Below, in pieces: positions 39,558-49,940 of a stretch of DNA of 64,000 nt. Positions within the stretch are counted from its first letter, which is position 1. Every line of letters starts with the position of its first letter. The DNA comes from Verrucomicrobiota bacterium. Lineage in GTDB: Bacteria; Verrucomicrobiota; Verrucomicrobiia; Opitutales; UBA2995. The position numbers and the translations under genes are program-made. The notes under the pieces were generated by a model that saw nothing but the letters and a program-made list of their open reading frames with translations, searched no databases and was not told where the DNA came from. The DNA lies in assembly GCA_027622555.1 (NCBI GenBank), contig JAQBYJ010000001.1, forward strand, positions 10,108 through 74,107, read 5' to 3'.

Positions 39558-40739
39558 TTATTCGGATTGAGGCAAAAGCCGAATCCGTCGATGTTTTTTA
39601 GGAAACTTTAGAGAAATTACCGTGCCCATGCCAGGTTTGCTGTCAATGCCTACTTGGCCACCGTGATCCCGTAAAATACGGTTCACAATCATCAGACCTA
39701 ACCCGCTTCCCGAATCCTTGGTTGAATAGTATGGCTGGAACACGCTGGCTAAATCTTCCTTCTCAATGCCTTCACCTGAATCTGCAATAATAACATAAAA
39801 ATAATCATCATCCGAGCGAGTTTGAATCTGCAATGTCCCGCCCTCTTTCATCGCTTCTCTCGCATTCTTGATGATATTAAAAAACACCTGCTTCATTTGG
39901 TTCATGTCCCCAGCGATCACCGGTGCTTCATCTCCGATTTCCATTTCAACGGTCACCTTCGAATTGAGCAGTTCCTGCTCCTGTACTTGAAGAACGGATT
40001 CCAGAACCTCTGTCAGGTTTGTGTCCTGGAAATCCGGCGGGGAAGGACGAATTGCCTCAAGGAAATGGGTAATAATTCCATCCTGGCGCTCAACTTCTCC
40101 GATGCAAATTTTGAGAGACCGCTCCAGTTTTGCTCGAACTTTCTCATCCCGGATCTGATCCAGTTGCCGCTCCATGAGTTGCAAATGGATGGTTAAAGAA
40201 TTTAGAGGATTTCCCAACTCGTGGGCTACGCCCGCAGCTAAAAGAAAGATAGAGGATATTTTTTCGGATTCGATCTTTTCCTCCGTCGACATGACATCCT
40301 TTGTTATATCCGAGAGGATGACAACAAAGTGTGGATCCATATCCTGAAATCCTTCAAAAGGGACCATGTAGGCTCGAACAAATCGATGATCAGGATAAGT
40401 CATTTCAATTTCACGAGTCACCGAAGCAAGGTCTGCAAAGATCGGCTCTTCTCCATCCATGTTGATAACTGGAGCCAAATCCGGAATCCATTTCCACAAA
40501 ATCGCTGACCCAATATTTGATTCCTTAAGTCCAACAATTTTCATGCCCTCTTTGTTCGTATATTCAATGATGCCTTCCCGGGAAACTACTAATATTCCCT
40601 CTCGAACCGTATTAAATATGCCTTCAAACAAGGCTCGCTCCTGAGCAAGTCGATTGATCAGGTTTTGTAAGTTGGTCTCATCCAGATGGTCCAACTGACC
40701 TAAAACACGATCAAGGGGAGAGTGGCGTTTTTCTTTCAT
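39558..40739 (-). CDS. cytoplasmic PAS-domain sensor histidine kinase
   Basis: 393 aa with no TM segment. PAS region, H-box ([15 protein letters not shown]), N and G boxes ([22 protein letters not shown]). Confidence 0.88.
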   Translation of the reverse strand: MKEKRHSPLDRVLGQLDHLDETNLQNLINRLAQERALFEGIFNTVREGILVVSREGIIEYTNKEGMKIVGLKESNIGSAILWKWIPDLAPVINMDGEEPIFADLASVTREIEMTYPDHRFVRAYMVPFEGFQDMDPHFVVILSDITKDVMSTEEKIESEKISSIFLLAAGVAHELGNPLNSLTIHLQLMERQLDQIRDEKVRAKLERSLKICIGEVERQDGIITHFLEAIRPSPPDFQDTNLTEVLESVLQVQEQELLNSKVTVEMEIGDEAPVIAGDMNQMKQVFFNIIKNAREAMKEGGTLQIQTRSDDDYFYVIIADSGEGIEKEDLASVFQPYYSTKDSGSGLGLMIVNRILRDHGGQVGIDSKPGMGTVISLKFPKKHRRIRLLPQSE

Positions 40740-40855
40740 AAGAGAAATTAGAAGTCTAGGTCATAATCCAATAGCAAACATTAGATTAAGCAGTCAAATA
40801 AACGCCTGTCTTATTGAGGTTGCCAAGTCTTTTAGGGACTAACACTGTGCCCCAA

Positions 40856-41602
40856 ATGACCGAACACCATAGTCCCAAATCTCAACAAAAAAGGGAAAAT
40901 CTGTTACTGAGCCTGGCATTCAACATTGCGATTCCGTTGTTTGTCCTCACCAAATTAAGCAGCCCCGATCGGTTGGGCCCAGTTATTGCGCTCATAGTTG
41001 GACTTTCATTCCCGCTTTGTTACGGAATCTGGGATCTTCTTAATAGGAAACAGATAAATTTCGTATCTGTACTTGGGATAATAAGCGTTGGGCTGAGCGG
41101 CACATTTGGATTGATTGAAGTAGATCCTTTTTGGCTGGCAGTTAAGGAAGCCTCCATACCTTTGGTTATTGGAACCATGGTTTTGTTAACTTTCAAAACC
41201 AAACGCCCCTTGATTAAAACATTTCTATATAATCCCCAAATCCTGAATGTTGAATTGATTGATAGAAAACTGGATGAAACAAACACCCGACCCTCTTTCA
41301 ACAGGATTTTTGCTTACTGCAATTGGTTACTGGTTCTTTCCTTTGGAATAAGTGGAATCCTGAATTACTTTCTCGCAAGAATCATCGTAACCACCCACCC
41401 AGCGAGTGACCTGGCAGCCTTCAATGCAGAACTAGGTAAAATGAGTGCGTTAAGTTGGCCGGTTATCGCGGTCCCGAGTACGGTGATAATGATGTTGGCA
41501 CTTTGGAAACTCATATCTGGACTTACCAAACTCACTGGTCTGAAGTTCGAGGAAATGATGCACGAGCCTCCGAAAAAGGTGCCAAAAAAACCGAAAGAGT
41601 AG
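40856..41602 (+). CDS. multi-pass inner-membrane protein (IspZ/YciB-like septation-protein family candidate)
   Basis: About 6 TM helices and a basic C-terminal tail (PPKKVPKKPKE). The N-terminal block NLLLSLAFNIAIPLFVLTKLS resembles VC0807/YciB-type proteins. The family call is weak. Confidence 0.45.
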   Translation: MTEHHSPKSQQKRENLLLSLAFNIAIPLFVLTKLSSPDRLGPVIALIVGLSFPLCYGIWDLLNRKQINFVSVLGIISVGLSGTFGLIEVDPFWLAVKEASIPLVIGTMVLLTFKTKRPLIKTFLYNPQILNVELIDRKLDETNTRPSFNRIFAYCNWLLVLSFGISGILNYFLARIIVTTHPASDLAAFNAELGKMSALSWPVIAVPSTVIMMLALWKLISGLTKLTGLKFEEMMHEPPKKVPKKPKE

Positions 41603-41620
41603 TCTCGGTCTTTACTGCTT

Positions 41621-42907
41621 TCAGCGTTCGTCTATGGGGACGAAATGCTGGTCTACTTTTCCGGTGTAGATCTGACGTGGACGATGTATCCGTTTTGATC
41701 CAAGAGCTATTTCACGCCAGTTCGCAATCCAACCAGGCATACGGCCAATGGCGAACATCACCGTGAACATTTCAATCGGAATGCCGATACTCTTGAGAAT
41801 AATACCGCTGTAAAAATCCACATTGGGATAGAGTTTCCGTTGAACGAAGTACTCATCTTCGAGTGCGGCTTTTGCCAGATTGCGAGCGATATCGAGCAGA
41901 GGGTCCGGCTCGCCCAAGCTACTCAATAAATCCTCAGCAGCTTTACCCAGAATCTTAGCTCGTGGATCAAAGTTTTTATAAACCCTGTGACCAAATCCCA
42001 TTAACCGCGCTTTGCCTGTTTTGGCGGCTTCGATAAACTTGCTTCCATCATCCCCGGATTCATGAATCGTCTGCAGCATTTTAATTACTGCTGTGTTTGC
42101 GCCACCATGAAGCGGTCCCCAGAGCGCAGATACGCCCGCTGAAACAGAAGCAAACATATTGGCTCCGCCACTGGCGACCATGCGCACGGTCGAGGTTGAA
42201 CAGTTTTGTTCATGATCGGCGTGCAACAGAAAAAACAGGTCTAGCGCCTTGGAGATTTCCGGAGAGGTTTGGTACTCAGAATCTTCCCGGGTAAACATCA
42301 TATGCAGAAAGTCTTCCACGTAATCGGCCTTGAGCCGTGGGTCAACGAAAGGGAGCTTAGCTCCCATGCGGTACGTCATGGCGGCAATCGTTCGCACTTT
42401 GGAAATCAAAAACGCGGCTGACTGGTCAAAATGTTCAAGATCCCGGGCCCGATCATTTGAGGTCATCTTCGGATAATAACAGCCAATGGCATTTAGCATT
42501 CCACTTAACACAGCCATGGGGTGTGCATCCGAGGGAAATCCGGAAAAATGATGCCTGAAACTTTCAGGGAGCGCTGCGTTATTACTTACGTTTCCTGCGA
42601 ACACGCCATATTCTTCTTTGGTCGGCAAGTGCCCATAAATAACCAGATGAGCGACACTTAAGAAAGAGGAATGCTCAGCCAGTTCTTCAATAGGAATACC
42701 TCGGTAGCGTAATATGCCGGCCTCACCATTTACAAAGGTGATGTCGCTGAGACAGGATCCCGTGTTACCATATCCATCGTCAAACGTTATGTAACCGGTA
42801 TTCGATCGTAATTTTCGTACGTCTACCGCTTTTTCTCCTTCCGTCCCGGAAATGACGGGATATTCGTAGTCCTTACCGTCAACGGTAATTGTCGCTGTTT
42901 CTGACAT
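41621..42907 (-). CDS. gltA: citrate synthase (type II)
   Basis: 428 aa. [40 protein letters not shown]. Confidence 0.95.
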   Translation of the reverse strand: MSETATITVDGKDYEYPVISGTEGEKAVDVRKLRSNTGYITFDDGYGNTGSCLSDITFVNGEAGILRYRGIPIEELAEHSSFLSVAHLVIYGHLPTKEEYGVFAGNVSNNAALPESFRHHFSGFPSDAHPMAVLSGMLNAIGCYYPKMTSNDRARDLEHFDQSAAFLISKVRTIAAMTYRMGAKLPFVDPRLKADYVEDFLHMMFTREDSEYQTSPEISKALDLFFLLHADHEQNCSTSTVRMVASGGANMFASVSAGVSALWGPLHGGANTAVIKMLQTIHESGDDGSKFIEAAKTGKARLMGFGHRVYKNFDPRAKILGKAAEDLLSSLGEPDPLLDIARNLAKAALEDEYFVQRKLYPNVDFYSGIILKSIGIPIEMFTVMFAIGRMPGWIANWREIALGSKRIHRPRQIYTGKVDQHFVPIDER

Positions 42908-42962
42908 TTGTTAAGGCTGATAAAAATGATTCCTAAAAAGAAAAGAAGATACTCAACACAGA

Positions 42963-43592
42963 TTAAGTATTTTCAACTAATTTCAGAAAATTTCCGTATA
43001 ACTGCAGCCCTTTTGCCTGACTTTTTTCTGGGTGGAATTGAGTAGCCACACAATTCCCGACTTTTATCCCACTCGCGAAGCTGCTGCCGTACTCGGTTTG
43101 GAAGAAAGCTGAACCCACTTCTTCGGGTGAAACGAAGTAACTGTGAACGAAATAAAACTGATCTTCTTCAGATTTAAGCCCAGCAACAATTGGATCATTG
43201 CTATCCTTAAAAGAGACCGTGTTCCATCCCATGTGGGGAACTTTATATTCTTTAGGAAGTTGGAACCGTTTAACCAGACCGGGGAAAACACCCAATCCGT
43301 CAACTGACCCTTCTTCAGAAAAATCATAAAGTGCTTGAAACCCCAGACAGACACCGAAAAACGGGCGGTCTTCTGCGATCCAACCTTTAACGGTATCCAC
43401 CAACTGGCATGCTCGAAGCCCTGCGATACAATCGCCGAGCGCCCCAACGCCAGGTAAGACCAAGCCCGCCGCATCTTTGATTTCTTCAGGCGAAGTTACC
43501 AAGCTAACGTCTGCGCCACACACTTCAAATGCTTTGGAAACGCTACGGAGGTTTCCCATGCCGTAGTCGATTACTGCCAATTTAGGTTTCAC
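42963..43592 (-). CDS. hisH: imidazole glycerol phosphate synthase, glutaminase subunit
   Basis: 209 aa. IDYGMGNLRSV, LPGVGA, GVCLGFQAL, HSYF, QFHPEKS. Confidence 0.93.
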   Translation of the reverse strand: MKPKLAVIDYGMGNLRSVSKAFEVCGADVSLVTSPEEIKDAAGLVLPGVGALGDCIAGLRACQLVDTVKGWIAEDRPFFGVCLGFQALYDFSEEGSVDGLGVFPGLVKRFQLPKEYKVPHMGWNTVSFKDSNDPIVAGLKSEEDQFYFVHSYFVSPEEVGSAFFQTEYGSSFASGIKVGNCVATQFHPEKSQAKGLQLYGNFLKLVENT

Positions 43593-43602
43593 TAATTTCG
43601 CC

Positions 43603-44202
43603 TCAAGTCAGTTTTTCTTTAGTCGAGGGTAACTTTCCTTCAGTCCTGGGATCAACAGAGGTTGCCACATCCAAAGCGCGGGCGAAGCATTTAAATAAAG
43701 CTTCCACGATGTGGTGAGGTTCATCTCCATACTCAACCTTCAAGTGAATGTTCGCACTCAAACTATTAACTACTGCTTGGAAAAACTCCCGAATAAGCAC
43801 GATGTTGAAATCACGGATGTAATTCGTGGGGGATTGGACATCGTATTTCAGAAATGGCCTATTACTCAAATCCATCGTAACACGTGCGATTGATTCATCC
43901 ATGGGTAGAATGAAAAATCCGTAGCGTCGAATTCCGAGCTTCTCGCCAAGTGCTTGCTTGATGGCGTCACCCAACACAATACCAACATCCTCAACGGTGT
44001 GGTGATAATCAACCTCGATATCCCCAACAGCCTTGAGATCGAGATCAAATAAACCATGTTTTGCAAACAGACATAGCATGTGGTCGAAGAACGGGATACC
44101 CGTATCCACTTGATACTCGCCGGTTCCATCGAGGTTTATCGTCAATGCGATATCGGTCTCCGCAGTTTTTCGGGAGATAGAAACTATGCGTTTTTCTGCC
44201 AT
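43603..44202 (-). CDS. hisB: imidazoleglycerol-phosphate dehydratase (monofunctional)
   Basis: 199 aa. [14 protein letters not shown], Dx[15 protein letters not shown]. No HAD phosphatase domain. Confidence 0.93.
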   Translation of the reverse strand: MAEKRIVSISRKTAETDIALTINLDGTGEYQVDTGIPFFDHMLCLFAKHGLFDLDLKAVGDIEVDYHHTVEDVGIVLGDAIKQALGEKLGIRRYGFFILPMDESIARVTMDLSNRPFLKYDVQSPTNYIRDFNIVLIREFFQAVVNSLSANIHLKVEYGDEPHHIVEALFKCFARALDVATSVDPRTEGKLPSTKEKLT

Positions 44203-45284
44203 TGGTCCATCGATTCATTTAAGGTTAACATTTCAGACTCAGAACCTACACTGATTCTAAGAAAAGATTCAGTAAGCACATCATTGCCAAAATACCGCAC
44301 TAGAATTTTTCGCCCGAGCAGAAAGTCAAACAGGGATTTAGCGACTTCAGGGCCTTTTTCACCTCGAAAGTTACTTGGTTCAGTAAAGATATAGTTGGCT
44401 TGAGAGGGATAGGTTTTCCAACCGTTCCGGTCCCACAGGTTGACGTAAAAATCCCGAGTACGCTTTATTTTCTCAATAACTTCCTCGTAATAATCGGTGT
44501 CGGAGAGCGCTGCGATACCTGCGGCCTGGGAAAGAAGATTCACATTATAACTATCCCGAACTTTGTCGAGCAGTTCAACAATCTCGGGATTTCCCAACAG
44601 ACATCCAATACGCACGCCGGCCAAACCGTGAGATTTTGAAAAGGTCCGAGTCACACAAAGAGATGGGAACTCTTCGATCAGGGAGATCGCGTCTTCTTCT
44701 GCAAATGCAGCATATGCCTCATCGATAACCAGAATCCCTGGAAAAGACTCTGCCAATCTGCGAATCGTCTCGGAAGGAATGCCAACCCCGGTTGGAGCAT
44801 TCGGAGAAGTCAGAAAGAAAATATTTGCACCACAGGTCGCGACAGCCTCCACCGGAATACTCATTGAGGAATCATAACGAACCGGCACCGCTTTTGCATT
44901 CTGAATTGAAAGTAACACGGGATATAAGGAATAGCTCGGGACCATGTAGCCGCCATTTCTTTCCCCGCCGCAAAACACACGCATTAAAAGATTCAATATT
45001 TCATCAGACCCATTTCCTACAAATGCCCAATCTGAATTTGGTAATCCGAAATGCCGCGCCAGATTTTCGCGTAAATTGGCACTGATTGGACTTGGATACT
45101 TCCTCATGGAATCCCCGGACACTTCAGCAATCGCAGCTTCAACGCGTGGACTCGGTGGATAAGGATTCTCATTGGTATTCAGTTTTATCCAATCCGTATC
45201 CTGTGGTTGTTTACCAGGTACATAGGATTCCATAGCTTGGACATGCTCAAGCGCCCGGTCTGATATTGACGGATTCGGTTTCAT
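44184..45284 (-). CDS. hisC: histidinol-phosphate aminotransferase
   Basis: 366 aa. [31 protein letters not shown] (PLP lysine). Confidence 0.92.
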   Translation of the reverse strand: MKPNPSISDRALEHVQAMESYVPGKQPQDTDWIKLNTNENPYPPSPRVEAAIAEVSGDSMRKYPSPISANLRENLARHFGLPNSDWAFVGNGSDEILNLLMRVFCGGERNGGYMVPSYSLYPVLLSIQNAKAVPVRYDSSMSIPVEAVATCGANIFFLTSPNAPTGVGIPSETIRRLAESFPGILVIDEAYAAFAEEDAISLIEEFPSLCVTRTFSKSHGLAGVRIGCLLGNPEIVELLDKVRDSYNVNLLSQAAGIAALSDTDYYEEVIEKIKRTRDFYVNLWDRNGWKTYPSQANYIFTEPSNFRGEKGPEVAKSLFDFLLGRKILVRYFGNDVLTESFLRISVGSESEMLTLNESMDQWQKNA

Positions 45285-45305
45285 GAAAACGAATGGTTAA
45301 ACTCG

Positions 45306-46601
45306 CTACTTTGCCCGAATAGATACTGATCTTCCGTGAGCGTCGAGATTTTCTAACCGCGCGAAAACCTCTATGGTTTCCGCAGCATTCTGGAGATGGG
45401 CTTGCTCATACCGCACAATGCTGCTTCTTCGAAAAAAATCTCCAATGGTTAATCCACTCAGGAAACGTCCCACTCTTCCAGTTGGGAGCTCATGACTCGG
45501 ACCAGCCGTAAAGTCTCCCAAAGCAGTGGCGGAATAACGGCCCTGCAAAATAGCACCAGCTGTCGTAATGGCGTTTGAAAGATAGGAAATCTTATTCGGT
45601 TCCACTTGTAATTCCATATGCTCAGGTGCGATGAAATTGGCCACGTCAATGGCCGCATCAAGATCTGGCACGGGAATAATAGCATAGTTTTTTTTCAGCA
45701 CCTTTGAAATCGAATCTTTGTGACCAAGACTTGGCAATTGTTCCTTGAGACACCCATTCACTGCCTCGATCAGTTTCTCAGAAGTTGAAACAAGGTAAAC
45801 ACGCTCCTTTCCGGAACCATGTTCAGCCTGGGCCAATAAATCGGCAGCAACAAATCGCGGTTCAGCAGTCGAATCTGCAATCACCATCAACTCGCTTGGT
45901 CCTGGAAGGAGATCGATACCGACTCTCCCAAACAACTGACGCTTTGCTTCATTCACATAGGCATTTCCTGGCCCATAGATTTTATCCACAGGTGAAACGG
46001 ATTTGGTACCGTAGGCCATGGCAGCAACAGCTTGGGCACCACCAATTTTATAGACCTCCTTTATTTCGCACATGGACAGAACGCCCGCCATGGCAGGTGC
46101 GATTTCCCCTTCCACATTGGGCGGAGTGCACACGCAAATTTCAGGTACCTTGGCTATCCTGGCCAATGTGGTAGTCATTACTACCGTTGAAACCAAAGGA
46201 ACCGTACCACCGGGAACATAAATCCCGACGCGCCTAATAGGATAGTAACGCTCACCAACAGTTGCCCCATGTAGATTCTTTTTGGACCAGTTCTTGGGTA
46301 GAGATTCATGGTTAAAGAGCTGAACATTCTTAATCGATTCTCGAATAGCCTTTCGATCCTTAGCCGAAAGACTCTTTTCACCCGCTTTCAATTCGGCTTC
46401 ACTTACTCGAAGGGATTTGGAATTCAGTTTGGCACCATCCAGCCTTTCGGTGATTTCGAAAAGCGCCGAGTCCCCTGATGTTTCAATAGCCTTGAGAATG
46501 TCCGATACGATAATCTCAACCTGCGAAGAGCCCGCAGCATCTTCAGCAAAGGATTTCAAACGCTTGTAGAAACCAGCTGCCCCATATTTGAAAGTCGGCA
46601 T
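45306..46601 (-). CDS. hisD: histidinol dehydrogenase
   Basis: 431 aa. YVPGGT, GPGNAYV, QAEHG, APEHMEL. Confidence 0.94.
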   Translation of the reverse strand: MPTFKYGAAGFYKRLKSFAEDAAGSSQVEIIVSDILKAIETSGDSALFEITERLDGAKLNSKSLRVSEAELKAGEKSLSAKDRKAIRESIKNVQLFNHESLPKNWSKKNLHGATVGERYYPIRRVGIYVPGGTVPLVSTVVMTTTLARIAKVPEICVCTPPNVEGEIAPAMAGVLSMCEIKEVYKIGGAQAVAAMAYGTKSVSPVDKIYGPGNAYVNEAKRQLFGRVGIDLLPGPSELMVIADSTAEPRFVAADLLAQAEHGSGKERVYLVSTSEKLIEAVNGCLKEQLPSLGHKDSISKVLKKNYAIIPVPDLDAAIDVANFIAPEHMELQVEPNKISYLSNAITTAGAILQGRYSATALGDFTAGPSHELPTGRVGRFLSGLTIGDFFRRSSIVRYEQAHLQNAAETIEVFARLENLDAHGRSVSIRAK

Positions 46602-47384
46602 TTACTTTTTTCTTATCCCAGGAAGAGCAGGCTGAGCGAAAAGCGAATCATCAAAGACAGGATTCACCTCCACGGAATCGAAACTTATGCGGTGGACCTC
46701 TTTACCATCAATCAAAGAAATTAAAGTCTTGGGAAATTTGATGCCACTCACCTTTATTTCACCACTTTCCTGAATTTGTTCGCCAGTTTCAATTTCAGTA
46801 AGAATTAACTGGCCGGTCGAAGCTTTGAAATTACGAATATAATACATCGATCCGTAGACAACTTTCACTCGCTCCACCAACTCACCGGAAATAGTCTCCC
46901 GCCCCAGGTATTCAAGTTTGCGTTGGTAATTTGAATCGCTGGAAAAGAACTTAAGATTTTCAAAGGTATTTGCCCGAACCCGTTTTAACTGGTCGGGATT
47001 AGAGGGGATTAAGTTATATTCTTCAGGATTATCTGAACGATAGACTTTCTTCCATGCCTCATAGTCGTTTAATCCAAACTCTTGAACAACGCCGTTACCA
47101 GAAAGGATCTGTAGCTGTTGATATGGGGTCCTTAAATGTATTTCTATTCCACCTTCCTCACCGTTGGCGGTTGTTATGGTTCCAATAAATCTCAGAGACT
47201 TCACATTATTGAGAACAGATTCCTCACCAACGTAGCTTCTGGCTTTTGCCAGGATTGCGAGAATTTCAGGGTCGGGGGTGCCCATAAGATTCTGGAAGCT
47301 GAAGAGTAAGGATGCAAGCATGGCCGCCAAAACCTTTAAAAACCGACTTTCCGGAACAGGTGTCTTTTTCAATAAAAAATACAT
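46602..47384 (-). CDS. secreted LolA-like / lipoprotein-sorting-fold hypothetical protein
   Basis: 260 aa with a signal-like N-terminus (FLKVLAAMLASLLFSF). Beta-rich pattern typical of LolA/DUF4367-like proteins. Its stop codon directly abuts the hisD start. Confidence 0.45.
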   Translation of the reverse strand: MYFLLKKTPVPESRFLKVLAAMLASLLFSFQNLMGTPDPEILAILAKARSYVGEESVLNNVKSLRFIGTITTANGEEGGIEIHLRTPYQQLQILSGNGVVQEFGLNDYEAWKKVYRSDNPEEYNLIPSNPDQLKRVRANTFENLKFFSSDSNYQRKLEYLGRETISGELVERVKVVYGSMYYIRNFKASTGQLILTEIETGEQIQESGEIKVSGIKFPKTLISLIDGKEVHRISFDSVEVNPVFDDSLFAQPALPGIRKK

Positions 47385-47451
47385 ACGGGAATAAGATTAA
47401 TAGAACGCTATAGGACTCTATTCCTCCTCCAATGTTCAACTCAATTCTTCC

Positions 47452-48996
47452 TTATTCCCACTCGATCGTGCTGGGGGGTTTTGAACTAATATCAAGCACA
47501 ACTCGATTTACCCCCTTAACTTCATTAATGATTCTGTTTGAGATCTTCCCCAATAATTCATGGTCGAGCCGTGCCCAGTCTGCGGTCATTGCATCGACAC
47601 TTTCAACGATCCGTAAGGCAATCACATTGTCGTAGGTTCTTTCGTCCCCCATGACTCCCACGGTTCGAACCGGCAGAAACACGGCAAAAGATTGCCATAC
47701 TTTATAATAAAGATCGGCCGATTTCATTTCCTCCAAAAGAATGGCGTCCGCTTCACGAAGTACTTTAAGGATATCTTCTGTAATTGCACCCAATACACGA
47801 ACGGCTAGGCCGGGTCCTGGAAAAGGCTGTCTCCAAACCACATTATCCGGGAGCCCCAAACTTTTGCCCAATACACGAACTTCGTCTTTAAACAACTGGT
47901 TGAGTGGTTCCAAAATCTTTAGTTTCATCCGCTCCGGCAAACCACCTACATTGTGATGACTCTTAATTAAAGAAGCAGGATTCCCGTCAATAGGAACCGA
48001 TTCAATAATGTCAGGGTAGATAGTTCCCTGAGCGAGAAAGTCGACTTCGCCTATTTTCTCAACCTCGGCTTCGAATACATCAATGAATGTATTTCCGATA
48101 ATCTTGCGCTTTTGTTCGGGATCGGTGACCCCGGCAAGGCGCGACAAAAATAAATCCGCTGCTTTTGAGACAACCAGGTTGATTTGAAAATGATCGCCGT
48201 AGAGTTTTTCAACCGCTTCCCGTTCATTTTTGCGAAGCAGCCCATTGTCCACAAATACACAGGTTAACTGGGTACCAATGGCCTCGTGAATTAATTTTGC
48301 AGCAACCGAGCTGTCGACTCCTCCACTTAATCCCAAAATTACTTTCTTGTCTCCGACGGTTTCTTTGATTGTGGCAATCGAGCTTTCAATGTAGTTTTCC
48401 ATCGTCCAATCGCCGGTACAATCGCAGATCGAAAATACAAAATTCCGGATGATATCCGTTCCTTGTTCTGTATGGAAAACTTCTGGATGAAATTGAAGCC
48501 CATAAAAATTCCGCTTACAATTTTGTATCGCAGCAAAATTGCTGTTTTCAGTTTTCGCGACAGGAACAAATCCTTCAGGTAACACCGTCAACTTGTCCCC
48601 ATGTGAATTCCAAACCTGGATTGTTTTTTCAATCCCTTGAAAAAGCGGGCTATCCCCGGTGATCTCCAAGGTTCCTTTACCATATTCACGTTCTTCACTG
48701 TGTTCCGTTTTGCCACCAAGAAGGAAACCAAGCAATTGTATCCCGTAACAAATACCAAGGACGGGCACGCCTAGATCAAAAATGGCAGTATCCGGTTTGG
48801 GTGCGTTATCTGCATAAACCGAGGACGGGCCGCCGGAGAGTATGACTCCTTTAACTCCATCTTTCTTGAGTGCTTCGGCTGTAGTCGAGAACGGATATAC
48901 CTTTGAGTAAACTTTGCATTCCCTCAAGCGACGAGCGATTACTTGTGTATATTGTGAACCAAAATCCAGGACTGCAACTACTTCAGGCATAATCAA
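47452..48996 (-). CDS. guaA: GMP synthase (glutamine-hydrolysing)
   Basis: 514 aa. GATase ([15 protein letters not shown]), ATP-PPase ([13 protein letters not shown]), C-terminal PPSTIEWE. Confidence 0.97.
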   Translation of the reverse strand: MIMPEVVAVLDFGSQYTQVIARRLRECKVYSKVYPFSTTAEALKKDGVKGVILSGGPSSVYADNAPKPDTAIFDLGVPVLGICYGIQLLGFLLGGKTEHSEEREYGKGTLEITGDSPLFQGIEKTIQVWNSHGDKLTVLPEGFVPVAKTENSNFAAIQNCKRNFYGLQFHPEVFHTEQGTDIIRNFVFSICDCTGDWTMENYIESSIATIKETVGDKKVILGLSGGVDSSVAAKLIHEAIGTQLTCVFVDNGLLRKNEREAVEKLYGDHFQINLVVSKAADLFLSRLAGVTDPEQKRKIIGNTFIDVFEAEVEKIGEVDFLAQGTIYPDIIESVPIDGNPASLIKSHHNVGGLPERMKLKILEPLNQLFKDEVRVLGKSLGLPDNVVWRQPFPGPGLAVRVLGAITEDILKVLREADAILLEEMKSADLYYKVWQSFAVFLPVRTVGVMGDERTYDNVIALRIVESVDAMTADWARLDHELLGKISNRIINEVKGVNRVVLDISSKPPSTIEWE

Positions 48997-49226
48997 AATT
49001 GTAAATGGGTGTTCTTGAATTCACAACGCGGACAGTTCGATTGTTTAACTCCCATTTTGTCGGCGTAAATTTTCCCACATTTCACACAATGGTAAACTGT
49101 CTTAGAGCGCTCTGATTGATATAAATTTTTATCTCGGATGTCGTAATACACCCACAAGCATAGGACAGATCCAATCCCTAAAAGAAGATAAATAAGAAAT
49201 CCGTCTGCCAAACTAATGGGTATCAT
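48993..49226 (-). CDS. small membrane-anchored zinc-ribbon protein
   Basis: 77 aa from the ATG at 49226: one TM ([20 protein letters not shown]), then CVKCG..x13..CPRCE. Its stop overlaps the guaA start by 4 nt. Confidence 0.55.
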   Translation of the reverse strand: MIPISLADGFLIYLLLGIGSVLCLWVYYDIRDKNLYQSERSKTVYHCVKCGKIYADKMGVKQSNCPRCEFKNTHLQF

Positions 49227-49236
49227 TGTAAACACA

Positions 49237-49262
49237 AACGCGCCCGAAATTCAGGCGCGTTA
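49237..49262 (-). terminator. hairpin terminator after rplQ (end of alpha operon)
   Basis: Minus strand AACGCGCCugaauuucGGGCGCGUUUGUGUUU: GC-rich 7-8 bp stem plus a U-rich tail. Confidence 0.6.
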
Positions 49263-49295
49263 TAAAAGTGTTGATGGTGTGGGAAATCTCCAAGG

Positions 49296-49916
49296 TTATT
49301 TCTTGGATTCTTCCTCCGCTTCAGGTTCAGGTTCGTCAGCCACTGCTTCGGCTTCCAGTGTTACCTCCGCTTCAGCTACGGGTTCTTCCACTTTAGCTTC
49401 TTCGGCTTCAGCTTCTGGCTCCTCGACAACAACGGCCTCTGCTTTGGCTTCACTTTCAGAAGTTTCTACCTCTTCAGCAACGACCGCTTCAACTGCCTTG
49501 GCCGCAGCAGGTTTTTTGGCAGCTTTTTTAGCTTTCCGCTTCTTGCCGTAACCTTCGTCACCAGCAGGAATCAATTCGATGAGCGCCATTTCAGCAGCAT
49601 CACCTATACGGTTACCAATTTTGTAAATCCGTGTATATCCACCTTGACGATCTTTAAACTCTTCAACCTTTTCGTTGAAGAGAATTTGAACGGCTTCCTT
49701 GTTGCGGATCCGAGAGTTTGCCAACCGACGATCAGCAAGAGTTCCCCGTTTAGCCAAGGTAATTAGCTTTTCAATGAAAGGTCGGAGTGCTCTGGCTTTT
49801 GCCAATGTTGTTTTGATTCGGCCTTCCTTGATGATGGCCATCGCAAGATTGGCCATCAGGGCCGGGCGGTGGGCTTTTTTTACCCCGAGTTCGTGTCTAT
49901 GTTTTAAATGGCGCAT
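49296..49916 (-). CDS. rplQ: 50S ribosomal protein L17 with ~85-aa acidic Ala/Glu/Val-rich C-terminal extension
   Basis: MRHLKHRHELGVKKAHRPALMANLA...GGYTRIYKIGNRIGDAAEMALIELI is the canonical bL17 core. It is followed by KKRKAKKAAKKPAAAKAVEAVVAEEVETSESEAKAEAVVVEEPEAEAEEAKVEEP... Confidence 0.93.
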   Translation of the reverse strand: MRHLKHRHELGVKKAHRPALMANLAMAIIKEGRIKTTLAKARALRPFIEKLITLAKRGTLADRRLANSRIRNKEAVQILFNEKVEEFKDRQGGYTRIYKIGNRIGDAAEMALIELIPAGDEGYGKKRKAKKAAKKPAAAKAVEAVVAEEVETSESEAKAEAVVVEEPEAEAEEAKVEEPVAEAEVTLEAEAVADEPEPEAEEESKK

Positions 49917-49940
49917 TATGAATGATCAGTAAACTACTTT

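Noticed and set aside
41455-41766. TGGCAC at about 41491 as a possible sigma-54 -24 element
   Set aside because: The downstream spacing lacks a TTGC -12 element, and the site lies inside a coding region.
49216-49551. Ser/Ala/Thr-rich 111-aa plus-strand ORF
   Set aside because: It is an antisense shadow of the low-complexity GAA/GCT-rich tail of rplQ. Its frame and extent coincide exactly with the L17 extension.
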